Positions 10,620-19,006 of a DNA stretch of 64,000 nt are shown piece after piece. The stretch is from NCBI GenBank assembly GCA_017469845.1, contig JAFUFP010000045.1, forward strand, positions 90,567-154,566. The letters are read 5' to 3'. Position 1 is the first letter of the stretch. The number at the start of each line of letters is the position of its first letter. The notes under the pieces were generated by a model. The model saw nothing but the letters and a program-made list of their open reading frames with translations. It had not been told where the DNA came from and ran no database searches. Position numbers and translations under genes: made by a program. The DNA comes from Bacteroidales bacterium (lineage in GTDB: Bacteria > Bacteroidota > Bacteroidia > Bacteroidales > UBA932).

Positions 10620-11651
10620 TTACCGCAGATACTCCGACAGAGTGGCGTCAAGCTGTTCCCCGCGAAGGCCCGTTTTTCTGAGGATCCTTCCGTCAGGAGC
10701 GAAAAGATAGACCTGCGGAATGGAGTTGAACCCGTAAACTGAAGAAGCCGTGCTTCCTCCTCCGAGGATCTGATTCCATGGAATGGCGTGCTCGGAAACG
10801 GCCTTTTCCGAATCGGCGACTTCATCGGACACGGTCACTCCCACGATATCGAAATTCGCCCCGCGGTATTTTTCATAGGCGGCCTTGAGATTGGGAAGTT
10901 CAGCTATGCAGGGACCGCACCACGACGCCCAGAAATCCACGAGGACATATTTTCCTTTTCCGACGAAATCGGAAAGGCGCTTTACGCTTCCGTCCTTTTG
11001 CGGAACTGCGAAATCAAGGAACATCGCCCCTTCTGCTGTCGCCCTTCTTTTGGCGATATCCTCAAGGCGCTTTTTTATCCTGGGACTTTCCTGAACAAGA
11101 GGCGAAAGCTGCGAAATCAGTCTTTCCTGCCCCTCGTCGTTCTCGGACTGCGAAAGTATCATGAAGGCCCTCACTCCCAAGAAATTGTCCTTGTTTTCTT
11201 CGAACATCCGGCGGTTCAGGTCCATATATTCGTCGTAAGCGTCGGGATTCTCCATGACTTTCCTGAACAAAGCTTTCTGGAGAGAGTCGTATTCCTTCAT
11301 CCTTCGGTTCAGGTCCGAAGGCCCCTTGGATACCATCGAAAGGGAATCGCCCGCAAAAGTGTACGAAAGAGAGGATCCGTCAAGGATAAACGAAGTGATG
11401 ACCTCGTCGTCATTGAAGGAAAATGTCCCCGTAGCCACTCCCCCGTCATCGGGGAAACGGAATGAGAAACGCCCGCCCTGTACTGCAAGGAGAGTGTCGA
11501 TTCCGAGGTCTGAAGAGAGGATCTGAACCTTTTCGGGGGCACCTTCCGGGAAAGTGCATTCAACTGAAGTTCCTCCACTGTCCGAACAGGAAGAGAGAAA
11601 GGCGAACGCCGCCGCAAATGCGGCATAAAATAACGATGATGTTTTTTTCAC
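10620..11651 (-). CDS. TlpA/thioredoxin-like disulfide reductase lipoprotein
   Basis: GTG start, lipobox FLSSC, C-terminal DFWASWCGPC thioredoxin motif. Confidence 0.88.
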   Translation of the reverse strand: MKKTSSLFYAAFAAAFAFLSSCSDSGGTSVECTFPEGAPEKVQILSSDLGIDTLLAVQGGRFSFRFPDDGGVATGTFSFNDDEVITSFILDGSSLSYTFAGDSLSMVSKGPSDLNRRMKEYDSLQKALFRKVMENPDAYDEYMDLNRRMFEENKDNFLGVRAFMILSQSENDEGQERLISQLSPLVQESPRIKKRLEDIAKRRATAEGAMFLDFAVPQKDGSVKRLSDFVGKGKYVLVDFWASWCGPCIAELPNLKAAYEKYRGANFDIVGVTVSDEVADSEKAVSEHAIPWNQILGGGSTASSVYGFNSIPQVYLFAPDGRILRKTGLRGEQLDATLSEYLR

Positions 11652-11762
11652 GGTTCCGTATCCGGCCGGAAAAAGTCACGCCCGGACAGACAAAAATACC
11701 ACTTTTTCGGTATCTTTGTACATCGGGAAAAAACTTTCCCGGAACATGAACGTAAAACACCT

Positions 11763-12530
11763 ATGAAAGGATCGGATGCATTCAGTATGGACGGCAAAGT
11801 CGTCCTCATAACCGGAGGTGGCGCAGGTATAGGCCGAAGCTGCGCCCTCATTCTCTCCAAGGCCGGAGCGAAGATATTCCTTGTCGATCTGCTCGAGCAA
11901 AGAGCTGCGGCGGTAAAGGCCGAAATCGAATCAGAAGGAGGAGAATGCGACTTCCTGTGCGCGGACATAAGCGTGGAGGAGAACTGCTCCAAGGCGGTAT
12001 CATCTTGCGTTGGGCGCTTCGGACGCCTCGACACCCTCATCAACTGCGCCGGCATGCAGGGGAAATCGGGAGATCTGGAGAAGGAATTCGACTCGGAGAA
12101 TTTCGGGAAGATCATCGGAGTTGACCTCGGCGGCACATTCATGATGTGCAAATACGCCTACCCCGAATGTTCCAATACCAAGGGAAGCATCATAAACATC
12201 GCTTCTCTTGCCGCCCTAAGGGCATCAGGACCACTTGCTTACACGGCAGCCAAGGGTGCGATAAAGAGTTTCTCTAAGGCCCTCGCTTTCCGTCTCGGGG
12301 ACAAGGGAGTCAGAGTGAACACGATATATCCCGGATTCGTCCTCACCGAAATGACCATGGGAGTCCTTGACCGCCCCGACCTCAAGGAAAGGTTCGAAAA
12401 GGATTCCCCCATGCATATCCTCGGGAAGGCGGAAGACATAGCATACTGCGCCCTGTACCTCGCCAGCGACGCGGCCCGTTTCGTGACCGGGCAGGACTTC
12501 GTCATAGACGGAGGCGCGATGTGCATGTAG
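11763..12530 (+). CDS. Short-chain dehydrogenase/reductase (SDR)
   Basis: TGGGAGIG, NCAG, YTAAK (YxxxK), RVNTIYPG and DGG; -7 box TATCTTTG at 11711-11718. Confidence 0.92.
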   Translation: MKGSDAFSMDGKVVLITGGGAGIGRSCALILSKAGAKIFLVDLLEQRAAAVKAEIESEGGECDFLCADISVEENCSKAVSSCVGRFGRLDTLINCAGMQGKSGDLEKEFDSENFGKIIGVDLGGTFMMCKYAYPECSNTKGSIINIASLAALRASGPLAYTAAKGAIKSFSKALAFRLGDKGVRVNTIYPGFVLTEMTMGVLDRPDLKERFEKDSPMHILGKAEDIAYCALYLASDAARFVTGQDFVIDGGAMCM

Positions 12531-12656
12531 AGAGGGATTCCCCGTCAGCGGACTTTCCGGCAATCAAAGGGTGAACGCCCGACTAAACCGTTCCAATTGA
12601 TTTTTCCTTTGGATTATCGGTGGATTTTTCCTTTATTGCCGAAAATCCCCAAAGTC

Positions 12657-13583
12657 ATGAAAAGCGTAAGAGTATTCGCTCCCGCATCCATCGCGAACTT
12701 GGGATGCGGTTTCGACATCATGGGACTTGCCCTCGACGAAGTCGGGGATGTCCTTGACATGAGCATTTCGGAAGGCGACGGCCTTTCAATCACGAACGAG
12801 TCGGGTGTACCCCTTCCTGATGACATCGAAAAGAATGTCATCACCCCCGTCGTCAGAAAATTTCTCGAACTGACCGGGAACAAAGCCCAGGTCAACGTCG
12901 TGATAAAACAGAAGATCTATCCCGGCAGCGGTATAGGTTCAAGCTCCGCTTCAAGCGCCGCCGCGGCATTCGGAATGAATGAGCTCTACGGCTCTCCCCT
13001 TTCGGAAGAGGAAGTCGTTGTCTGCGCGATGGAGGGAGAGAACCTCGCCAGCGGCGGATACCATGCCGACAACGCGGCTCCGGCCGTCATGGGAGGAATC
13101 GTCCTGATAAGAGGATACGAGCCTCTCGACATAATAAAGCTCCCCGTCCCGGGAGACTTCTACTGCGCCGTAGTCCATCCCCAGCTGGTGGTATCGACAA
13201 AGGAGGCCAGGAGCATCCTCCCCAAGAACGTCCCCATGCATGACGCCATCACCCAATGGGGCAATGTCGGAGGCCTGGTCGCAGGTCTCTACTCCGGAAA
13301 CATCGGCCTTGTGGGAAGGGCGATGAAGGACGCCATCGCCGAGCCTTACAGAAAGGGATTCATCCCGGGATTCGATGACCTGAGGGAAAAGATCCTCTCG
13401 AAGGGATCCCTGGCAATGAACATCGCCGGATCGGGTCCTTCCGTTTTCGCCCTCGCAAACAAACGTGACATTGCCCACAAGGCGGGAGACATCTTCGACG
13501 AGCATTTCTCGTCCCTCGGAATCGACCATCAGGTCTATGTAGTGAAGGTATCCAACAGGGGCGCCAGACTCATAGCCTACTAA
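12657..13583 (+). CDS. thrB: Homoserine kinase (GHMP family)
   Basis: Likely start ATG 12657; APASIANLGCGFD, PGSGIGSSSAS, HADNAAP and IAGSGPS; directly upstream of thrC. Confidence 0.92.
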   Translation: MKSVRVFAPASIANLGCGFDIMGLALDEVGDVLDMSISEGDGLSITNESGVPLPDDIEKNVITPVVRKFLELTGNKAQVNVVIKQKIYPGSGIGSSSASSAAAAFGMNELYGSPLSEEEVVVCAMEGENLASGGYHADNAAPAVMGGIVLIRGYEPLDIIKLPVPGDFYCAVVHPQLVVSTKEARSILPKNVPMHDAITQWGNVGGLVAGLYSGNIGLVGRAMKDAIAEPYRKGFIPGFDDLREKILSKGSLAMNIAGSGPSVFALANKRDIAHKAGDIFDEHFSSLGIDHQVYVVKVSNRGARLIAY

Positions 13584-13595
13584 GATCCCCGTCCC

Positions 13596-14900
13596 ATGAA
13601 ATACTACAGCACAAACGGGAAGTCCGCTCCCGCTTCCCTCAAGGATGCGGTAATCCGCGGATTGGCTCCCGACAGGGGCCTTTACATGCCCGAAAGGATC
13701 GTCCCGATGCCGAAAGGATTCTTCGCCGACATGGCGGAGATGGATTTCAAGGAGATCGCCCTTGCCGTAGCCAGGAATTTCTTCGGAGAAGACATTGAAG
13801 AAAAAGCCCTTGAAAGGATCGTCCGCGACACCCTGTCCTTCGACACTCCCGCCGTCAAGGTGACAGACAGGATACATTCCCTCGAACTCTTCCACGGGCC
13901 TACCCTCGCGTTCAAGGACGTCGGGGCGAGATTCATGGCGAGGCTCCTCGCCTACTTCAACGAAGGTGAAAGCCGGACGGTAAACGTTCTTGTGGCCACT
14001 TCCGGAGACACCGGAAGCGCCGTCGCCAACGGTTTCCTCGGAGTCGAAGGCGTGAGGGTATTCGTGCTTTACCCCAAAGGCAGGGTCAGCCCGATCCAGG
14101 AGTGTCAGTTCACGACCCTCGGCCAGAACATCACCGCCCTTGAAATCGACGGCAGTTTCGATGACTGCCAGGCCCTTGTGAAGAGCGCCTTCATGGACGA
14201 GGAATTGAGGGAAAGGATGTTCCTCACCAGCGCGAACAGCATCAACGTCGCGAGGTTCCTTCCCCAGTCGTTCTACTATTTCCACGGTGTGGCTCAGATG
14301 AAGAAGAAAGGTCTGGGAGACAATCTCGTCGTATGCGTTCCCAGCGGAAACTTCGGCAACATCTGTTCGGCCCTTTTCGGAGTGAGGATGGGACTTCCGG
14401 TAAAAAGGATGATAGCGGCGAACAACCGTAACGACGTCTTCTTCCAGTACCTCCGTACCGGAGTGTACTCCCCCCGTCCCAGCATCCCCACCCTCGCCAA
14501 TGCGATGGACGTCGGAGACCCGAGCAACTTCGCAAGGATCATCGACCTCTACAAAGGGGACTGGAACGCGATACGTTCATTCATAAGCGGTGCCACGGTC
14601 GACGACAGCACCATCCTTTCGACCATAAGGGAGTGCCATGAAAGGAACGGCTATATCCTCGATCCCCACGGGGCATGCGGCTTCAGGGCTTTGGAAGATT
14701 CTTTGGAGGATGGCGAAAACGGACTCTTCTGCGAAACCGCCCATCCCGCCAAATTCAAGGACACCGTCGAGAAAGCGACCCTCGAAGAAATCGCCATCCC
14801 CGAAAGGCTCGCCACCTTCATGAAGGGAGAAAAGAAATCCGTTCCTCTTTCCAAAGATTATGGCGCGCTGAGGGATTTCCTTCAGGATGTCAACGGATGA
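13596..14900 (+). CDS. thrC: Threonine synthase
   Basis: LELFHGPTLAFKD (PLP lysine), ATSGDTG, SANSIN, PSGNFGN and TAHPAKF. Confidence 0.95.
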   Translation: MKYYSTNGKSAPASLKDAVIRGLAPDRGLYMPERIVPMPKGFFADMAEMDFKEIALAVARNFFGEDIEEKALERIVRDTLSFDTPAVKVTDRIHSLELFHGPTLAFKDVGARFMARLLAYFNEGESRTVNVLVATSGDTGSAVANGFLGVEGVRVFVLYPKGRVSPIQECQFTTLGQNITALEIDGSFDDCQALVKSAFMDEELRERMFLTSANSINVARFLPQSFYYFHGVAQMKKKGLGDNLVVCVPSGNFGNICSALFGVRMGLPVKRMIAANNRNDVFFQYLRTGVYSPRPSIPTLANAMDVGDPSNFARIIDLYKGDWNAIRSFISGATVDDSTILSTIRECHERNGYILDPHGACGFRALEDSLEDGENGLFCETAHPAKFKDTVEKATLEEIAIPERLATFMKGEKKSVPLSKDYGALRDFLQDVNG

Positions 14901-14907
14901 CCCTAAC

Positions 14908-15096
14908 TCAGCAAGAAAAGGATAATTTCGCTGGAAAGAATCCTGCCGATCCAGACTGCTGAAGTGAGGAATGCTTTCGTTTGTGCAATAGGGCGAAGGC
15001 CCTGATAACCTTCTCCAGCAGTTGTTTGTTATTGTAGCCAAGCTCTTCCGAGCGTCAGACTATCCACTCTTTGGAAAAAGATTCAGTCGATATCAT
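14908..15096 (-). pseudogene. Remnant of an AbiEii-like nucleotidyltransferase toxin (nonsense codon plus truncation)
   Basis: ATG 15096 overlaps the antitoxin stop; reads MISTESFSKEWIV*RSEELGYNNKQLLEKVIRAFALL with TGA at 15055-15057; the frame ends at 14908 without the GGT catalytic motif. Confidence 0.6.
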
Positions 15097-15808
15097 ATTC
15101 GCTGTTGTCGAAAATTGATTGAATTATGTCAGCTACGTTCCTGCGACGCGCATACCGCAGAAGCCGGGACCGGTTGATGGCATAACGGAATCGGGCGTTA
15201 TGCATGATATGGAGATACTCTCCACCCTGGAGATAATGAAAATCGGGATCGCAGTACATATCGACCAATAGCTTTTCAAGTGTAGGCACTTTGATGCCAC
15301 CGATGGTCTGCAGTGGAGATTCAGTCGTGAGATTCTTCACAAAGACGGCTCTCCTGTCCATATTTACGTACTTGTATATGAAATCGGCATCAGGACGGAA
15401 ATAAACCGTTTTCCCTTGGTCCTGCAGATGGTGAAATACTGTCTCTGTTATATCTTTCTCAACCTCGATGTATAAGATCTGATTGGACGGAAGATGATGC
15501 ATGAACTGGAAAAGCCAGGGACCTTCATACACGCACATTCCAATCTCCGGGAACTCTTTGTGAAACTGCCCGTACAGCGATACGGCCTCCTTCCCTATTA
15601 AGGGCTCAAACAATTTCTTAGTGTTTTTTGCCGTATAAATGCCCCGACCTATGCGCACAATCCTGCCGGCATCTGACAATCGTGAAAGATACCAGTTGAG
15701 TCGGGAACGCTCCAGACTGAACACCCCGTCGAGTCTCTTCTGAAGATCCGAGGCGGTGAAACTGTCCAACGAGGCTGCTGTTTCCAGTATTTGTTCTTCG
15801 ATTGTCAT
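15083..15808 (-). CDS. AbiEi-like type IV antitoxin / DUF6577-like protein with N-terminal winged helix
   Basis: Likely start ATG 15808; RIVRIGRGIY wing and PTLEKLLVD motif; -7 box at 15837-15844 on the minus strand; AT-rich. Confidence 0.75.
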   Translation of the reverse strand: MTIEEQILETAASLDSFTASDLQKRLDGVFSLERSRLNWYLSRLSDAGRIVRIGRGIYTAKNTKKLFEPLIGKEAVSLYGQFHKEFPEIGMCVYEGPWLFQFMHHLPSNQILYIEVEKDITETVFHHLQDQGKTVYFRPDADFIYKYVNMDRRAVFVKNLTTESPLQTIGGIKVPTLEKLLVDMYCDPDFHYLQGGEYLHIMHNARFRYAINRSRLLRYARRRNVADIIQSIFDNSEYDID

Positions 15809-16075
15809 CCCGGTATTACATCCTAATACTATACTACAAAGATACAATTTTCGGCAATAATTCCAAAATTTGCCGAAAGTTTATTCCCATAAGCTCTTAA
15901 CATCCTCATATTGCTCTCATCCCGAAGCAGCTCCTTTAACAATTCACGACTGGGCACTCCAGACAATGCCGCAGCGTTATTCGGGACTGACATACAATCG
16001 AAGACAGCCTCACGTCCAATCAAGGAAAGGGGCTGTCATCGTATTTCAGACAAATGAAAGCGGAGGGCCGGGGCT

Positions 16076-16264
16076 CTACCTGTATTTGTCGAAAGAGTAG
16101 AGTTTTCTCAGCTTCTCCTTCGTTTCCTCATCCTGGTGGGTGAAATAGTTCTTCCAACCGGGACAGAAATTGATGTGCCAGCGCCAGAATCTTCCCAGAA
16201 GAGATTTGGGATTCTTGTGATATGCGGACCTGAACTTGCAGTTTTCGCAAGGGTATTGTGCCAT
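16076..16264 (-). CDS. Small hypothetical protein (62 aa, CxxC)
   Basis: Fills an intergenic gap with an AT-rich leader; CENC motif and RFWRWHINFCPGW segment; resembles small proteins I recall from other Bacteroidales. Confidence 0.65.
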   Translation of the reverse strand: MAQYPCENCKFRSAYHKNPKSLLGRFWRWHINFCPGWKNYFTHQDEETKEKLRKLYSFDKYR

Positions 16265-16456
16265 ATAGATGAAAGTTTATTCGTTTGCGGGATAAAGATA
16301 AGGAAATATCCCTGAACAATTCCAATAGAGGGTCAAAAATAATGTCGCACACGCCATTTTCAGACCTGTTCGTAGAACCGGAAGCCCCATTCGTCGAAAA
16401 TTCTTTTGCCATCCGGTCGGCAAAGTGTAATTTTGACAAAAAAATCAAGACAACTT

Positions 16457-17881
16457 ATGAACAGGACATTGCTCTCGGCAATACTTTCTCTCTCCATCCC
16501 CGTCATTTCGGCGGCACAGAACACGGTACCGGTCTCATTCGACCTCAATTATTCCGATGCGGAGAACATCCTCTCACCCATCACAGTAAAGGTGGGGAAC
16601 GCTCTTCCGCTCCAATCGAAACCGCGCCCTGAGCGTGAAGGGTACCGCTTCGCCGGATGGTACACTTCCCCCGATTGCCGTGAAGGCGACGAGTGGCTCT
16701 TCGGCAACAATTCGGTAGGATTCTACACCCAACCGACGGATTCGATGGCGGTGAAGGGTGAAATGACCCTTTACGCCAAGTGGGTCTCCCCCACTCCCGT
16801 AAGGACGGTCCAGGACCTTGACGACATGAGGAACGACCTCAGCGGATGGTATGTCCTCGAAAATGACATCGACCTTTCCGGCATCCTCAACTGGGTTCCC
16901 GTCGGAGAGTACGAGGCTCACTACGAGTTCGCACCGGGAGAATGGTGGGTGAAGGCCTTCAAGGGAAGATTGGAAGGCAACGGACACACGATAAGAGGAC
17001 TTCATATGACGCAGCTTCTCACCGACAAGAGCGGACTTTTCGGTGCCTGCGCCAATGCCCAGATTCTTGGAGTGAAGATGGAGGACACCCTCATCGAGAT
17101 GACCGCCGAAAAGCCCTACGTGGCCCCTCTCGCCGGCATTCTCAAGCAGGATGACGGAGCCGTTACCGAAATAAGGTCTTGCAACATAGCCAATACCACG
17201 ATAAAAGTCAGGACCACCAACAAGGAATCCACCTTCCACAGCTTCACCGGTCTTTGCGGAGGAGCATGGGGCGGATACATAGGCCAAAACACGGTCAGCG
17301 GAAAGATGGATCTTCAGATAGCTGGAGAAGGCGGCGGAGAACTTTACGTCGGAGCCTTCCTCGGTGAAGCCTACAACGACACCGTCGGCTGCGTGAGCGA
17401 CTACGAGATCAACATCACCTTCACAAACCCCAAAGCCAAGGACCTGAAAGCCTATATCGGAGCTTTGCAGGCATCGGCGACGAACGTGGATTCCAGCGTA
17501 GCGATGGGTTCCATAAACCTGAGCGGATTCTCGGGATCAAAGGAGATATACGTGGGAGGTCTCATCGGAAGTGAGCGCTACGGAACCGTCAAGAGCAGCC
17601 GCTCTTCGGTCAGAATCACGGAAAAGAAGGTCCCTTCGATCCAGATCGGCGGAATCGTCGGAGAATTCAACCAGGGGTACAGCATGATAGGAGCCGCCTT
17701 CGGAACGAAGACGACAATCCTCAACTGGTGCACTTTCACCGGAAAGGTCACGTCCGACGGTAATGACACGGTCGTTTTCGGTGAAATCTGCGGAGGAGGA
17801 CAGCCCGAGCCCCTCTCTTCACCCTGGGGACTGTCGATGGACTACTCGATCCGCAACTGCAAGTACGAACCGGCGGAGTAG
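16457..17881 (+). CDS. Secreted protein with Listeria-Bacteroides (InlB B-like) repeat and GLUG-type beta-helix region
   Basis: Signal peptide from ATG 16457; VSFDLNY..P.REGYRFAGWYT repeat; YVLENDIDL...W.PVG, F.GRLEGNGHTIRGL, GLFG and GG.VG repeats. Confidence 0.7.
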   Translation: MNRTLLSAILSLSIPVISAAQNTVPVSFDLNYSDAENILSPITVKVGNALPLQSKPRPEREGYRFAGWYTSPDCREGDEWLFGNNSVGFYTQPTDSMAVKGEMTLYAKWVSPTPVRTVQDLDDMRNDLSGWYVLENDIDLSGILNWVPVGEYEAHYEFAPGEWWVKAFKGRLEGNGHTIRGLHMTQLLTDKSGLFGACANAQILGVKMEDTLIEMTAEKPYVAPLAGILKQDDGAVTEIRSCNIANTTIKVRTTNKESTFHSFTGLCGGAWGGYIGQNTVSGKMDLQIAGEGGGELYVGAFLGEAYNDTVGCVSDYEINITFTNPKAKDLKAYIGALQASATNVDSSVAMGSINLSGFSGSKEIYVGGLIGSERYGTVKSSRSSVRITEKKVPSIQIGGIVGEFNQGYSMIGAAFGTKTTILNWCTFTGKVTSDGNDTVVFGEICGGGQPEPLSSPWGLSMDYSIRNCKYEPAE

Positions 17882-17905
17882 CTCCTCTTCCACCTGAACC
17901 CATAG

Positions 17906-17943
17906 AATTTCTCCGTGAAAGCCGACACTTTCACGGAGAAATT
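17906..17943 (+). terminator. Intrinsic terminator hairpin
   Basis: Perfect 16-bp inverted repeat aatttctccgtgaaag / ctttcacggagaaatt with a 6-nt loop, followed by a T-rich tract. Confidence 0.7.
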
Positions 17944-17985
17944 GTTTATTTTTGCCCAAAAACGGAAACAAACACAAACACGAAC

Positions 17986-18930
17986 ATGAAAAAGGTATCT
18001 TTGGTAGCCGCGGCCATCCTTTCAGCCGCTATCGCGGCCTCCGCTCAGGACGTATACAAGATTTACGATGGAGTCGCACCCGGAGCCGAAGGGCTCAATT
18101 ATCCCGAAATGACCCTTTGCCTCGGAAGTTCCCGTCCGAGGGTATACAATGTCACTGAACCCACTATCACGGTCTATCGCCCCGAAGAGGCGGTGAACAC
18201 CGGAGCAGCCGTCATAATAGCCCCCGGAGGAGGCAACATGTACCTGACCTGGGAAGAGGAAGGTGTGAACGTTGCCCAGTGGTTCCAGAGGCACGGAATT
18301 ACCGGCATCATCCTCAAATACCGCACGAACTTCATGGGCAACACCGAAAAAGAAATCGAGGAGCAGCAGAACGCCTTCTTCCAAAGGATGTTCGGAAGTT
18401 TCGCGGAAATGGGACGTGAAGTCGAAAGAGGCGGAGCACAGGCTCCGGTGAGGGCCCAAAGACCCGCAGCCCCCGCAACTCCCCAAAAGGTGGAAAGGAC
18501 CATCCAGGGCGATGACGGACGCCAAGCCGTCAAATACGTCCGCGCCCATGCCGAAGAACTTGGAATCAATCCCGACAAGATAGGTCTGATAGGATTCTCG
18601 GCTGGAGGATCACTCACCTGCAACGTCATGTACATCAATGATGAAGAGACACGTCCCAATCTCGCGGGGCCGATCTACGGAGTATTCTCAAACGGAGAAC
18701 TGCCCCAAAATCCAGTTCCCACCTTCATAGCCGCCCCCGAGTTCGACCTCGGTGCTCCGGACGCCTCCTTCAACCTTTACAAGAAATTCCAGGAGGCTCA
18801 CCTTCCCGCCGAACTCCACTTCATCCATGACGCCACCCACGGAGAAGGGCTCCTTTACAACGGAAGGGAATGGAACGAATGGATAGATCTTCTGTACGCC
18901 TTCATGAAGGCCGTGAAATTCGTCGAGTGA
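17986..18930 (+). CDS. Secreted alpha/beta hydrolase (esterase)
   Basis: Signal peptide; APGGGN, GFSAGG, candidate Asp (EFDLG) and His (ATHGEG). Confidence 0.85.
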   Translation: MKKVSLVAAAILSAAIAASAQDVYKIYDGVAPGAEGLNYPEMTLCLGSSRPRVYNVTEPTITVYRPEEAVNTGAAVIIAPGGGNMYLTWEEEGVNVAQWFQRHGITGIILKYRTNFMGNTEKEIEEQQNAFFQRMFGSFAEMGREVERGGAQAPVRAQRPAAPATPQKVERTIQGDDGRQAVKYVRAHAEELGINPDKIGLIGFSAGGSLTCNVMYINDEETRPNLAGPIYGVFSNGELPQNPVPTFIAAPEFDLGAPDASFNLYKKFQEAHLPAELHFIHDATHGEGLLYNGREWNEWIDLLYAFMKAVKFVE

Positions 18931-18953
18931 TTTTCCTCACACGCAGTATCACC

Positions 18954-18986
18954 AACAAGGGGATGCCGGTCCGGCATCCCCTTGTT
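18954..18986. terminator. Bidirectional terminator between convergent esterase genes
   Basis: aacaaggggatgccgg-t-ccggcatccccttgtt perfect inverted repeat. Confidence 0.75.
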
Positions 18987-19006
18987 CATTTACTGGCGAA
19001 ATTCCA

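Noticed and set aside
15829-16023. 64-aa minus-strand ORF upstream of the antitoxin
   Set aside because: Runs through the antitoxin's promoter box and hairpin; no recognisable motif.
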